The notes under the pieces are model-generated. The model had not been told where the DNA came from. It did not search any database and was given only the letters and a program-made list of their open reading frames with translations. DNA of 64,000 nt from Nitrospinales bacterium (GTDB lineage Bacteria; Nitrospinota; Nitrospinia; Nitrospinales; VA-1): assembly GCA_965223795.1 (NCBI GenBank), contig CBDCXL010000002.1, positions 2,560,001-2,624,000 on the forward strand, read 5' to 3'. The position numbers and the translations under genes were made by a program. Below, piece by piece: positions 9,587 to 20,052 of the stretch. Positions within the stretch are counted from its first letter, which is position 1; each line of letters starts with the position of its first letter.

Positions 9587-10960
9587 TCAGCGGGGGATGC
9601 GGGACAGTTCCGAGCGTTTGCGCCGGGCTTCCGGATTTTCCGGGTCCATCTGCAGGATGATGTCGAGCTGCTTTCTGGCTTCGTCCACGTGGCCGCGTCC
9701 GTGATGGATCTCGTACAGTTTCCAGTGCAGGGAAAGAAAATCCACGCCCAGGCTGACGGATTTCTGGTAAGCCTTTTGCGCCTCGTCCCACTGGTTGAGG
9801 GAAAAGTAGGCGTTGCCGAGGTTGTAATGGGCGATGGCGAATTCCGGATCGAGTTCCAGGGTCTTCTGGATGTGGGGCAGCGCTTCATCGGCGCGGCCGA
9901 GCTTGTTCAGCGCCGCTCCCAGATTGGAGTGCGCCTGGATGAAATTGGGATAGTGCGCGATGGCCCGCCGGAACAGCTCCACCGCTTTTTCGATGTTGCC
10001 GCTGCGGAAATAATAGCCTCCCAGATTGGAGAGCGCCTCGGGAAACTTCGGATTGAGCCGGATCACCTTTTCATAACTCTGTGTGGTTTTGTCCGGCATG
10101 CCCAGATCCCGGTACGCCACCGCGCTGTCGTACAGGGCGAGGATGAATTCCGGGTCCAGGTTCAGGGCCTGGTTGAACAGTTCGAGCGCGCGGTCCGGAT
10201 CGCCTTGTGCGTAGAGGGCGAAATTGCCTTTGTAATACAGCGCTTCCTTGGCGGTTTTGTCTTCTTCCAGAATCTGACTCAGCGGGATCCTGCTTTTCGC
10301 CTTGAGATAGGGTTTGACCTCTTCGATGGGCAGCGCCAGGTTGATGGAACGCCCCTCCACGGTAGCGATGCCCAGCACCTTGTTGTCCTGGTTTAACAGC
10401 GGGCCGCCGCTGAACCCCGGTCCGAAAGGCGTGGTGGTGTAGATGTAGGAAAAATCGGGATACGCCTGCGGATGCACGCCGAGCACGTAGCCGAAGGTCT
10501 GCAGGATGATCTGTTTTTCGCCGTTCCGTTCCTCACTCACGTTGCGGGAGGGATACCCGAGCGCGCTGGTGTACTCGTAGGGCTTGAGACCGGCGGAGTC
10601 GGCCAGTTCCAGGGTGGAATAAAAGCCGTCCTTGAGCTTGAGCACGGCGAAGTCTTTTTTGCGGTCGATTTTGAGCGCCCAATCGACGGCGGCTTTGACG
10701 CCGTTGGGGAACAACGCCTCCACAGAGGCGGCGTCCACGAGCACGTGGTAATTGGTGACCAGGGTGCCGCCGGGATCGACCACGAAACCGGTGCCGGTGG
10801 AGACGGTGTTTCCTTCAGCGTCCTTTGCGGTCAAGAGAGCGACGGCGCTTTTGTTGGCTTCGAGGCCTGAGGCGCTGACGGGCAGCAACAGGCACGCGAA
10901 CAGGATGCAGAACCCTGCGAGACGATGGAGGCGGCTGTGCTGGAACCGGTAGCGATTCAT
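9587..10960 (-). CDS. Trypsin-like serine protease with C-terminal TPR repeats
   Basis: Catalytic triad motifs TNYHV / DFAVL / GFSGGPL, followed by multiple TPR units. Confidence 0.88.
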   Translation of the reverse strand: MNRYRFQHSRLHRLAGFCILFACLLLPVSASGLEANKSAVALLTAKDAEGNTVSTGTGFVVDPGGTLVTNYHVLVDAASVEALFPNGVKAAVDWALKIDRKKDFAVLKLKDGFYSTLELADSAGLKPYEYTSALGYPSRNVSEERNGEKQIILQTFGYVLGVHPQAYPDFSYIYTTTPFGPGFSGGPLLNQDNKVLGIATVEGRSINLALPIEEVKPYLKAKSRIPLSQILEEDKTAKEALYYKGNFALYAQGDPDRALELFNQALNLDPEFILALYDSAVAYRDLGMPDKTTQSYEKVIRLNPKFPEALSNLGGYYFRSGNIEKAVELFRRAIAHYPNFIQAHSNLGAALNKLGRADEALPHIQKTLELDPEFAIAHYNLGNAYFSLNQWDEAQKAYQKSVSLGVDFLSLHWKLYEIHHGRGHVDEARKQLDIILQMDPENPEARRKRSELSRIPR

Positions 10961-11167
10961 GGGAGCGTTTCACTGGCGCCGTGTATTCCGTGCGGACGCC
11001 CGAGTGTGCGGTTTCGAAAGATGGTAATGATTCTATAAATTGCGGCTGGCGATTACAACCCCTTTCACTCCAAAGGCAAGATTAAATGATTCAATGGCTT
11101 GTTTGAAAGCGCCTGTGGGGGGAGCCGCATGCGGACGGGGGCTTCGGATACGGGGGAGGGCATGCCG

Positions 11168-11207
11168 AAAAAAAAAACGATGCTGCCCCGAAACCGGGGC
11201 AGCACGG
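11168..11207 (-). terminator. Intrinsic terminator after the DUF4399-like gene
   Basis: TGCTGCCCCG/CGGGGCAGCA hairpin followed by a T-run on the minus strand. Confidence 0.75.
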
Positions 11208-11231
11208 ATGCAGTCTTTGGCCTGAAACCGG

Positions 11232-11645
11232 TTACTTGACCGTGATCATCACGGTGTCGGTCAGAGGCGGATTGTAGGGAACATGGTTTCCGGTGGCGAA
11301 CAGGGTGCGCAGGGTGTGCTTGCCGGATTCCAGCTTGAGTTCCTTGCAGGTGGAACCGTCGCCCATGTGCACGTGGTTGGCGTCTTTGCCGATCGGCTTG
11401 CTGAGATCCTTGGGAAGGTCCACGTCCACCAGAATGTGGTGATGGCCTTTGCCTTCGTTGACGCCTTTTTTAGCCGGCTCGACGGTGACGCCGGAAACTT
11501 CCATGCACACCTTGACCGGGCTGGAAACGGTCGCTCCGTCTTTCGGCTCGGAAATCTTGACCGAATTGCCGGCGCAGGCCGTGGCCACGATCATTGCAAA
11601 CAAGGTTCCCACAATCACCATGAACTGAATCGAAAACTTTTTCAT
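11232..11645 (-). CDS. DUF4399-like exported protein
   Basis: Signal peptide, PKDGATVSSPV, GHHHILVD, HMGDG, GKHTL. Confidence 0.82.
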   Translation of the reverse strand: MKKFSIQFMVIVGTLFAMIVATACAGNSVKISEPKDGATVSSPVKVCMEVSGVTVEPAKKGVNEGKGHHHILVDVDLPKDLSKPIGKDANHVHMGDGSTCKELKLESGKHTLRTLFATGNHVPYNPPLTDTVMITVK

Positions 11646-12139
11646 AATGCCCAGACTCCTAATAACAAATACGGGTTGTTAATTTGCCTCCCACGCCCGT
11701 TGATTAGTGACGTGGTTTGAATCGAACCGCACTGTGAGGCGGATCCTGCCACAGTCATCCTGAAACGAAACGCATTTAAGGGGATGGTTGGATCGATTCG
11801 CCCATTCTGACTGCCATCACTGTGCGTGAGGGAATCAATCCCTGTGGATGTTTCGCTCACAATTCGGGTTATCAGTCTGGGAGGATGTTCAGATCAACTT
11901 TCATTGACCTTACTATAAAAGAGATTCGATCTGGAAGTTTTTTTTGCGCCGCAGGATGAGCCCAAGTTGTCATGCCTGGCGGCAGCGCGCGTCCTTGCCA
12001 GCTTGTGTTCGGAGGCGCTATCCGGCATATCCACATGCTGAACAGAACGGCGTGCGCATTCCGTCCGATGCGTTGCACCCCGGTCTCCGGCGCTTGAGAG
12101 CGGGCTTTCCGCGGGTCGGCGGGAATCGCCGCATTTCGC

Positions 12140-12168
12140 TTGACATGGCGGTGAGAGTTCCCTAACCT
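12140..12168 (+). promoter_or_regulatory. Putative sigma-70 promoter for mrp
   Basis: TTGACA-N17-TAACCT, about 220 nt upstream of the start codon. Confidence 0.5.
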
Positions 12169-12388
12169 CATGTGTAAGCCACTCTATTACTTGTTTTTTG
12201 CGGCTCCGGAAAGCATTGTTTCGCTGCCGCGGAAAGCATGAGAACCGGGAAAAAAGCCGGGTACTTTCTGCAACCGAACGTTCAACACGCGCCGCAATCC
12301 TTCGCTGGAGTGCTTAAGCGGGGCAGGGCGGCCGCTCCCTGAACGTGAAATTCTTGAATTTTTTCAGATTTTCCAACACCAGGAGGTC

Positions 12389-13297
12389 ATGATGGTCGTA
12401 ACGGGAGAATGCAGGCTCCTACACACCTGTGAGATGTGTGAATTCAACAACGACACCGATTGCAAGGCCGACAAAAACGAGCACAACCGGTGGCTGGTGA
12501 ACCACCGGATGAACGATATCAAGCACAAGCTGATCGTCGGCAGCAACAAAGGCGGGGTTGGCAAGAGCACCGTGACCACGAACCTCGCCATCGCCCTTGC
12601 GGAGAAAGGCTACGCGGTGGGACTCGCGGACGCCGATCTGCACGGTCCCAATATCCCCAAGCTGCTCAATGCCGAGAGCGTTCGTCTCAAAGCCACCGAC
12701 GAGGGGATCGATCCCTACGAGACGCGAAACGGGCTGAAAGTGGCGTCGCTGGGCTTTCTGATCGAAGACCCCAACATGCACATCGCCTGGCGCGACGCGG
12801 TGAAATACGATTTCATCATCGAGCTTCTGGGTAACATCCACTGGGGCAAGCTGGATTATCTGCTCATCGATCTGCCTCCAGGAACCGGCAACGAGCAGAT
12901 CACCATCATCGATTTCATCGGAGAAGTGGATGGCGCGGTGGTGGTGACGACTCCACAAGATTTGGCGCTTCTGGACGCGCGCAAGATGATCTCCTTCGCG
13001 CGCGACAGCAACGTGCCCATCGTCGGGATCATCGAGAACATGAGCACGCTCACCTGTCCGCACTGTGAAAAGGACATCGACGTGTTCAAAAAGGGCGGCG
13101 GCGAAAAGCTGGCGCAGGAGCTGGTGCTTCCGTATCTCGGCAAAATCCCGCTGGATGCGGAAATCACCATACGTTCCGACAGCGGCGAACCGGTCGTGCT
13201 GTCGCGTCCCGATTCGGCGGCGGCGAAGGCGTTTCTCAATCTGGCCGATAACTGCCACAAGTTTCTCAACCCGGAACCGTCCATCGCGGCGGGCTGA
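12389..13297 (+). CDS. mrp: Mrp/NBP35 (ApbC) Fe-S cluster carrier ATPase
   Basis: KGGVGKST, DADLHGP, DLPPGTG, ENMS...CPHC, with a GGAGG RBS. Confidence 0.93.
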   Translation: MMVVTGECRLLHTCEMCEFNNDTDCKADKNEHNRWLVNHRMNDIKHKLIVGSNKGGVGKSTVTTNLAIALAEKGYAVGLADADLHGPNIPKLLNAESVRLKATDEGIDPYETRNGLKVASLGFLIEDPNMHIAWRDAVKYDFIIELLGNIHWGKLDYLLIDLPPGTGNEQITIIDFIGEVDGAVVVTTPQDLALLDARKMISFARDSNVPIVGIIENMSTLTCPHCEKDIDVFKKGGGEKLAQELVLPYLGKIPLDAEITIRSDSGEPVVLSRPDSAAAKAFLNLADNCHKFLNPEPSIAAG

Positions 13298-13607
13298 CGC
13301 ACGGGTCTTATAGCTGTGCCGGCTCCTGCCACGGGTGTGACGCGAGTGCCGGGAACGGGGCCGGAGCGTTTGCGGATTCCGCCGATCCGGCGGGAAAAAC
13401 GTGTGTCCACAGCGGCTGCACGCTGCCCGGTTTGCTCCCGCAAGATCCCTCTTTCCAGCGATTTTCACGCTGAATTTTTCCGCCCTGCCGCGGAACAATC
13501 TGATTGCGCGCAGCCCCTCAAGTGCGAGATAATAAAGTATCAAGGAAAGTGAGGACCGGACTTTCCTGAGGGTTTGATTTTTCCGCAACACAACCAAGAC
13601 CGCTTCC

Positions 13608-14681
13608 ATGATGTTTCGCCGATTCGTATTTTTTGCCTGCCTGCTGGCTCTTTTCCTTTCTTTTCCGCAACCGGGGATCGCCGATTCCAACAACGGCAAG
13701 ACGTTCACCAACAATCCCGTGGTGGCCACGGTGGACGGCGAGCCGATCATGATGGACGACGTGAAAAACGCCCAGATCCACGATGCGATGGCGCAGCTGC
13801 ATAAAATGCAGAACCGGGCGTTGAAAGAAAAGATTCTGCAGATCCTCGGAAAGAAATATCCCGAGATCATCGACGAAGAGCCGCCGGAAGTGCGGGAATC
13901 GGACGTCGCCAAGTTCTACCGGGAAACGCCGGGCGTGAAGGATCTCGGCAGTCTGGAGAGCATGCGGGAGGAAATCCGCGAATACCTCGAGCGGGTTTCC
14001 CATGCGACCTACATCGAAAAAAAATATCAGTGGGCTTTGGAAAACAAGCTGGTCAAAGTCTATTTGAAACCGCCGAGCGATTTTCATGTGGTGGCGGGGA
14101 TCGGCACGGCCATGCTGGCGTTCGATCCGGAACCGAAAAAATCCCGCAAGGTGTTCGTGCTGGAGTACTCCGATTTCGAATGTCCGTTCTGCAAGCGCGT
14201 GCAGGACACGCTGCGCAAGCTCAGGAAGGAATATGCCAAAGACGTGCAGTTCGGCTACCGGCATTTTCCCCTGCCGTTTCACAAAGGCGCCAAGTACCTG
14301 GCTGAAGCGGTGGAATGCGCCCGCGATCAGGAGCGTTTCTGGCAGATGCAGCGGATTCTCTATGAAAAGGTCGACAACACGTCGCCGCTGGCCGGCAAGG
14401 AAGTGGTTGCACTGGCCAAGGACGCGGGAGTCAAAAAGCTCGACGCATTTCAATCCTGCCTGAAAACCGGCAAGTACAAGGAGCGGGTGCAGAACGACGT
14501 CCGCGAAGGGCTCCGGCTCGGCATCCAGGGCACGCCCACCTTCATCCTCGGCCTGTATGATTCGGAATCGGGCAACGTATCCGGCGAAATGTTTTCCGGC
14601 GCGGTTTCCCAGGAAAAATTCATCGAGGCCATCGAGAAATACCTGTCTCTGTCCCGCGCCGAAGCGAAACTGATCCGCTGA
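13608..14681 (+). CDS. DsbA-family thioredoxin-fold protein with SurA-like N-terminus
   Basis: SDFECPFC, RHFPL, GTPTF, signal peptide. Confidence 0.87.
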   Translation: MMFRRFVFFACLLALFLSFPQPGIADSNNGKTFTNNPVVATVDGEPIMMDDVKNAQIHDAMAQLHKMQNRALKEKILQILGKKYPEIIDEEPPEVRESDVAKFYRETPGVKDLGSLESMREEIREYLERVSHATYIEKKYQWALENKLVKVYLKPPSDFHVVAGIGTAMLAFDPEPKKSRKVFVLEYSDFECPFCKRVQDTLRKLRKEYAKDVQFGYRHFPLPFHKGAKYLAEAVECARDQERFWQMQRILYEKVDNTSPLAGKEVVALAKDAGVKKLDAFQSCLKTGKYKERVQNDVREGLRLGIQGTPTFILGLYDSESGNVSGEMFSGAVSQEKFIEAIEKYLSLSRAEAKLIR

Positions 14682-14724
14682 ACGCACGCGGTTCCCGTTA
14701 AGGTTTTCACATTCCCGATGAACC

Positions 14725-15348
14725 ATGATCTATTTCATCGTCCATCCCAAAAGGGAGCGGCGGCCGCGCCCGCATGCGGTGCGTCCGACCCTTCGGCGCC
14801 CCCGGTTTCAGATACCCTGGCGGTTGCCCCGAATGCTCAAAGCCGGGCTCTCAGCGGGGCTTATCGTGTGTCTTTGGGGGCAGCCGGCTCCGGCCTTTGA
14901 CCCCTTCAAGGCGTTCTCACCCACTCAAAAAACCGAATCCGTCCTCAAGGTTCAGACTCTGGTTGAGCCGGAATCCCTGAAACCCAGGGACCCGGTGCGT
15001 CTGCATCTCAGGGTCACCCTGGCAGCGGGCTGGCACATCTATTCCCTGAAGGCGACGCAGCCGGAAAGTCTGGCCACCAGCATTCAGCTTGAAAGCGGGG
15101 GGCTGCTCGGGCCGGGGAAATGGCGGGAGTCCGAGCCCCGGATCGCGCACGACGGCGCGCTGGACAAGGTCGTTGCGATCCACGAAGACTTCGTGGAATT
15201 TGACTGGCAGGGCCGGGTGGCGGAAAATGTCCAGCCGGGCACTCATGCGCTGGCGGGCGAGATCGTGTTCCGCGCCTGCGACAACCGGGTCTGCACGCTT
15301 CCCCGGAAAACGGCGTTCACCGCAGAGTTCACGGTCCTTCCCGACTGA
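14725..15348 (+). CDS. DsbD N-terminal-domain-like periplasmic protein
   Basis: GWHIYS and C-terminal ACDNRVCTLP. Start codon uncertain. Confidence 0.75.
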   Translation: MIYFIVHPKRERRPRPHAVRPTLRRPRFQIPWRLPRMLKAGLSAGLIVCLWGQPAPAFDPFKAFSPTQKTESVLKVQTLVEPESLKPRDPVRLHLRVTLAAGWHIYSLKATQPESLATSIQLESGGLLGPGKWRESEPRIAHDGALDKVVAIHEDFVEFDWQGRVAENVQPGTHALAGEIVFRACDNRVCTLPRKTAFTAEFTVLPD

Positions 15349-15371
15349 ACGGGTGAGGGCAAAAACCGATC

Positions 15372-17996
15372 ATGCAAGTCATCACAACACATTTGAACGC
15401 GGATTTCGACTGCCTCGCGGCGATGGTGGCGGCGCACAAGCTGTATCCCGAGGCGCGCATGGTGTTCTCCGGATCGGCGGAACGCACGGTGAACCGCTAC
15501 CTCAAGGAACGCGGCGGCTGGATCGACATCACGAAATTGAAATCCGTCGATCTGGATGCGGTGGACACGCTGGTTTTGGTGGACACGCAGAATCCGGGAC
15601 GGATCGGCGAATTCGGCAGGCTTGTGAAATCGGCGAAAGTGCATGTGTACGATCACCATCCCGACTCCGGCGGCGCGTTGAACGCGGAGCGTGCGGTGAT
15701 CCGCAAGCGCGGCGCGGCGACGACGGTGGTGCTGGAGACGCTGCTGGAAAACGGCATCGAGCTGGACGCGGAAGAGAGCACGCTGATGGCGCTGGGGATC
15801 TATGAGGACACGCATTCGCTGTTGTCGGTTTCCACCACGGCGGAGGATTTCAACGCGCTTGCCCGGCTCGTGCAATGGGGCGCGGATCTCAGTGCGGTCG
15901 TCGACTACGTGCAGCCCAAGCTCAACCCGGAGCTGGTGGAGGTGCTCAACGATCTCATCCGCAACCTGGAAACGCTCAAGGTCAACGGCGTCGATGTGCA
16001 CGTGGCCACGGCGTCGCCCAACCGTTTCGTCGAAGACCTGTCGTACGCGGTGCAGAAACTGGTCGATCTGGAAAACCTGTCGGCGTTCGTGGCGCTCGTC
16101 CGCATGGAACCGCAGATCTATCTCATCGGGCGCAGCCGCGAGCCGCAGGTGGACGTGGCCGCCATCGCCGCGGCGTTCGGCGGCGGCGGGCATCCTTATG
16201 CGGCGTCGGCGTCGGTCCGCGACCGGACGCTGGCGCAGGTGCGGGACCAGCTCCAGCAGGAGCTGGAACGTGTGGTGCAGCCCCTGTTTCGGGTCGGGGA
16301 CATCATGCACTTTCCGGTGGTGTCGGTGAAACCGGGCGACCCCATCCAGGCGGTGGAAAAAAAACTCACCCGGTTCAACCTCAACACGCTTCCGGTGCTC
16401 AAGGGCGCAAAGCCGGTGGGGCTCATCACGCGGCAGATCGTGGAAAAAGCCATCCACCATCAGTTGATCAAGGAACGGACGGAAGACCTGATGATCCGGG
16501 AATTTTCCGTCACCACGCCGGCAGCGTATTTCAGAACGATCTTGCCGATGGTGATCGAGGACAAACAGAAGCTGGTGCCGGTGGTGGACCCGAAAAAGGG
16601 ACACCTGGTGGGGATCGTCAGCCGCGGCGATTTGCTGCGCACCCTGCAAAGCGACCTTGCGCGCGACGGGGTTTCCGACGGCACCGCGATGAGCGTCAGG
16701 GCCGGCGGCCGCAAAAACATCAAGCGGCTGCTCAAGAAGCGGCTGGACAAGCGCGTGCTGGACCTGTTCGCCGCGATGGCCGCGATCGCCGACAAGGAAG
16801 GGGTGGCCATCCATGTGGTGGGCGGGTTCGTGCGCGACCTGCTTCTGGGTGAGAACAACCTGGATCTGGACATCGTCGTCGAGGGCGGCGGCATCGCGTT
16901 CGCGAAAAAGACCGCGAAAAAACTCAAGGGCCGGGTCAAGAGCCACGCCAAGTTCGGGACCTCGGTGATCATTCTGGATGACGGTCTCAGGGTCGATGTG
17001 GCCACGGCGAGGATGGAGTTTTACAAGCACCCGGCGGCGCTGCCGACGGTCGAGCAAAGCTCCATCAAGGCGGATCTGTTCCGCCGCGACTTTTCCATCA
17101 ACAGCCTGGCCGTCAAGCTCAACGGGCCGGACGCCTTCACGCTGCTGGATTATTTCAACGGCGAGCGGGATCTGAAAGACAAGCGGATCCGGGTTCTGCA
17201 CAATCTCAGTTTCATCGAAGACCCGTGCCGCATCTTCCGCGCCATCCGCTTCGAGCAGCGGTTTCACTTTTCCCTCGGCAAGCAGACCGAGGCGTTCTTG
17301 AAAAATGCGGTCAAAAAGGGGCTGGTGGACGAGCTTTCCGGCTCGCGGCTGCTCAACGAACTGATCCTGCTCATGAAGGAGGCCGAGCCGGTCAAGTGCA
17401 TCCGCAGGATGCGCGCGTTCGCGCTGTTTCCCCGTATCGCGCCGGCGATGCTCAAGGACGCGAAGGAAGTGACGCTGCTCGACCGCGTCGCGGACGTTCT
17501 GGCCTGGGCCCAGCGGGTTCCGGTGACGCCGCTGCCTGAAGTCTGGTACGTCTACTTCCTCGGGCTGTTCTATGCGCTGGAGCGGTCCGCGTTTAGGCGT
17601 GCGGCCGAGAGACTCAAGCTGCCCGCACGGCTCAGAAGGCGGCTGGAGGAGGACCGCGAGCACTGCCGCGACTCGCTCAAGCGGCTCAAGACGCGCAAGA
17701 AGCTCGCGCCCAGTGAGGTGTACGATATTTTTTCGCGCATGTCGCCCGAGGCGGTGGTCTTTCTGTTGACGCTCGCCAACAGCGACCGGGTCAACAACCA
17801 GGCCACGCTGTATTTCTCGCAGTATCACTGCTCCGCGAAGCTGTCTCTAACAGGCGACGACCTGATCCGCATGGGCATCGCGCCGGGGCCGGTGTTTCAG
17901 CAGGTGTTCAAGACGCTGCGCGACGCCCGGGTGAACGGAAACGTGAAGACGCGGCGGGAGGAAATGGCGCTGGTGAAGGAAAAGTTCATTCCATGA
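15372..17996 (+). CDS. tRNA nucleotidyltransferase with DHH and CBS domains (A-adding type)
   Basis: THLNADFD, DHH, GGGHPYAAS, a CBS pair, VGGFVRD, DLDIV, DLFRRDFSIN, EDPCRIFR. Confidence 0.92.
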   Translation: MQVITTHLNADFDCLAAMVAAHKLYPEARMVFSGSAERTVNRYLKERGGWIDITKLKSVDLDAVDTLVLVDTQNPGRIGEFGRLVKSAKVHVYDHHPDSGGALNAERAVIRKRGAATTVVLETLLENGIELDAEESTLMALGIYEDTHSLLSVSTTAEDFNALARLVQWGADLSAVVDYVQPKLNPELVEVLNDLIRNLETLKVNGVDVHVATASPNRFVEDLSYAVQKLVDLENLSAFVALVRMEPQIYLIGRSREPQVDVAAIAAAFGGGGHPYAASASVRDRTLAQVRDQLQQELERVVQPLFRVGDIMHFPVVSVKPGDPIQAVEKKLTRFNLNTLPVLKGAKPVGLITRQIVEKAIHHQLIKERTEDLMIREFSVTTPAAYFRTILPMVIEDKQKLVPVVDPKKGHLVGIVSRGDLLRTLQSDLARDGVSDGTAMSVRAGGRKNIKRLLKKRLDKRVLDLFAAMAAIADKEGVAIHVVGGFVRDLLLGENNLDLDIVVEGGGIAFAKKTAKKLKGRVKSHAKFGTSVIILDDGLRVDVATARMEFYKHPAALPTVEQSSIKADLFRRDFSINSLAVKLNGPDAFTLLDYFNGERDLKDKRIRVLHNLSFIEDPCRIFRAIRFEQRFHFSLGKQTEAFLKNAVKKGLVDELSGSRLLNELILLMKEAEPVKCIRRMRAFALFPRIAPAMLKDAKEVTLLDRVADVLAWAQRVPVTPLPEVWYVYFLGLFYALERSAFRRAAERLKLPARLRRRLEEDREHCRDSLKRLKTRKKLAPSEVYDIFSRMSPEAVVFLLTLANSDRVNNQATLYFSQYHCSAKLSLTGDDLIRMGIAPGPVFQQVFKTLRDARVNGNVKTRREEMALVKEKFIP

Positions 17997-18066
17997 GCCG
18001 CACCCCGTGTGCCACAGATCCGCGGCCGGCCCGAGTCTTTCCATATATAAAACCCCTTCTTCCTGT

Positions 18067-19404
18067 ATGAACGGTTTCGCCCGCTGGCTGGACCTGCGTT
18101 TTTCGCTCGCGGAAAACGGCACCGGCGTCGCCACCGAGCTTCGGGCCGGGCTGGTCACATTCATCACGGCGTCCTACATCGTGTTCGTGCAGCCTGCGGT
18201 GCTTTCGCAGGCGGGCATGGATTTCGGCGCGGTGATGACGGCGACCTGCCTCGCTTCCGCGCTGGGCTGCCTGTTGATGGGGCTGTTCGCCAATTATCCC
18301 ATCGCGCTGGCGCCGGGCATGGGGATCAATTTCTATTTCACCTTCACGGTGGTGATCGGCGAGGGCATCGCCTGGCAGACGGCGCTGGGGGCGGTGTTTC
18401 TTTCCGGACTGGTGCTGATCGCCCTGACTCTGCTCAAGGTGCGCGAGGCGCTGATCCGCGTCATCCCGGCCGGGCTCAAGACGGGGATCGCCGCGGGCAT
18501 CGGGCTGTTCGTCGCGTTCATCGGGCTCACACAGGGCGGGCTGGTGGTGCGGCATCCTGAGACGCTGGTCCAAATGGGCGATGTCACCAGCGTTCCGGCG
18601 CTGTTCACGTTTTTCGGCCTGATCCTGATCGCCACGCTGTTGCACCGGAAGGTGAAAGGCGCGATCCTGATCGGCCTTTGCGCGCTCACACTCGCTGCGT
18701 TTCCTTTGGGGCTCGCCCGCTATCACGGCGTCGTCGCCGCGCCGCCGAGCCTTGCGCCGACCTTTCTGGCGCTGGATGTCGCCGGGGCTCTCAACCTGGG
18801 GCTGCTCACCATAGCCGGGGTGTTCGTGTTCGTCGATCTGTTCGACTCGGCGGGCACATTGGTCGGTGTGGGCCAGCAGGGCGGGTTTCTGAAAGACGGC
18901 CGGCTGCCGCGCGCCAACCGTGCGCTCATGCCGGACGCGGCGGCGACGACGGCGGGTTCGCTGCTGGGAACCTCGACCGTGGTCTGCTATATCGAAAGCG
19001 CCGCCGGGGTGGCGGAAGGCGGGCGCACCGGGCTGGCCAGCGTGTGCACCGCTTTGCTGTTTCTGCTGGCGTTGTTTTTCTCCCCGCTGGCAGAGACCAT
19101 CGGCGGCGGGGTCGCCGTGGAAGGCGGCGCAAAGCTCTATCCCATCACCGCGCCGGTGCTGATCCTGGTGGGCTGCCTGATGGCTTCGAATTTGCGCAAA
19201 ATCGAGTGGGAGCGCTGGGACGAAGCGCTGCCGGCCTTTCTCGTCGCCGCCGGCATGCCGCTCACCTTCAGCCTGGCCGACGGCATGGCGTTGGGTTTCA
19301 TCGCCTATCCGATGATCAAGCTGCTTTCGGGCAAGGGGGCGGGCGTCCACTGGGGCCTGTACCTGATCGCGGCGGTGTTCATCCTGCGCTACGGGTTTCT
19401 GTGA
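18067..19404 (+). CDS. NCS2/AzgA-family purine permease
   Basis: APGMGINFYF, YIESAAGVAEGGRTG, multiple TM helices. Confidence 0.92.
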   Translation: MNGFARWLDLRFSLAENGTGVATELRAGLVTFITASYIVFVQPAVLSQAGMDFGAVMTATCLASALGCLLMGLFANYPIALAPGMGINFYFTFTVVIGEGIAWQTALGAVFLSGLVLIALTLLKVREALIRVIPAGLKTGIAAGIGLFVAFIGLTQGGLVVRHPETLVQMGDVTSVPALFTFFGLILIATLLHRKVKGAILIGLCALTLAAFPLGLARYHGVVAAPPSLAPTFLALDVAGALNLGLLTIAGVFVFVDLFDSAGTLVGVGQQGGFLKDGRLPRANRALMPDAAATTAGSLLGTSTVVCYIESAAGVAEGGRTGLASVCTALLFLLALFFSPLAETIGGGVAVEGGAKLYPITAPVLILVGCLMASNLRKIEWERWDEALPAFLVAAGMPLTFSLADGMALGFIAYPMIKLLSGKGAGVHWGLYLIAAVFILRYGFL

Positions 19405-19474
19405 GAAAACGCCAGGCGGCACGCCGATACCGGGATGTGATATAATTGCATCTTAACTCAATGGGACCGTAACA

Positions 19475-20047
19475 ATGGCCAGTGTCGAGTACCTGATCAA
19501 ACAGTTTTTGACTCCCGATAAGAAAAGCCTGGATCTGAGCAACCAGAACATCGGTGACAAGGGAGCGGTGACGCTCACGCGTTCGAAAAGCATCAAGCGG
19601 CTCAAGCAGCTGCGCCTGCCGAACAACAACATCGGCGACGAGGGCGCGATGGCGATCGCGCAGTGCGATTCGTTCAAGAACCTGACCGACCTGGATTTTT
19701 ACGGCAATGTCATCAGCGACGACGGGGTCAAGGCGCTGGCCGAGTCCGAGATCATGAAGAACCTCAAGAAGCTCAACCTCTACGGTAACCTCGTGGAGGA
19801 CGATGGCGCGATCGCGCTGGCGGAATCGAAAACCCTGTCCAAGCTCAAACACCTGTTCCTCAACTCCAACCGGATTCGCCGCAAGGGGCTGGAAGCGCTG
19901 CTGGAAGCCAAGTGCCGAACGCGCCTGTGCCACCTTTACATCGACGACCTTTCGGATTTCATCTACGAAGACGACGATGACATGGACTGGGACGACGATC
20001 TGGATGAGGCGAGCCCGCGGGCGGAACGGGACGTGATGGAAGATTGA
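19475..20047 (+). CDS. Leucine-rich repeat protein (RNI/GALA-like) with acidic tail
   Basis: Repeated LxxLxLxxNxIxDxGAxALA units. Confidence 0.85.
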   Translation: MASVEYLIKQFLTPDKKSLDLSNQNIGDKGAVTLTRSKSIKRLKQLRLPNNNIGDEGAMAIAQCDSFKNLTDLDFYGNVISDDGVKALAESEIMKNLKKLNLYGNLVEDDGAIALAESKTLSKLKHLFLNSNRIRRKGLEALLEAKCRTRLCHLYIDDLSDFIYEDDDDMDWDDDLDEASPRAERDVMED

Positions 20048-20052
20048 ACTTC

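Noticed and set aside
11650..12130. Short ORFs or a riboswitch in the long intergenic region upstream of the DUF4399-like gene
   Set aside because: No RBS, codon bias or RNA consensus that I could support.
15243..17828. 861-aa minus-strand ORF, and similar long ORFs at 49510-51678, 62164-63990, 43523-45085 and 12419-13912
   Set aside because: These are antisense shadows of well-supported genes, expected in high-GC coding DNA, and show no recognisable motifs.
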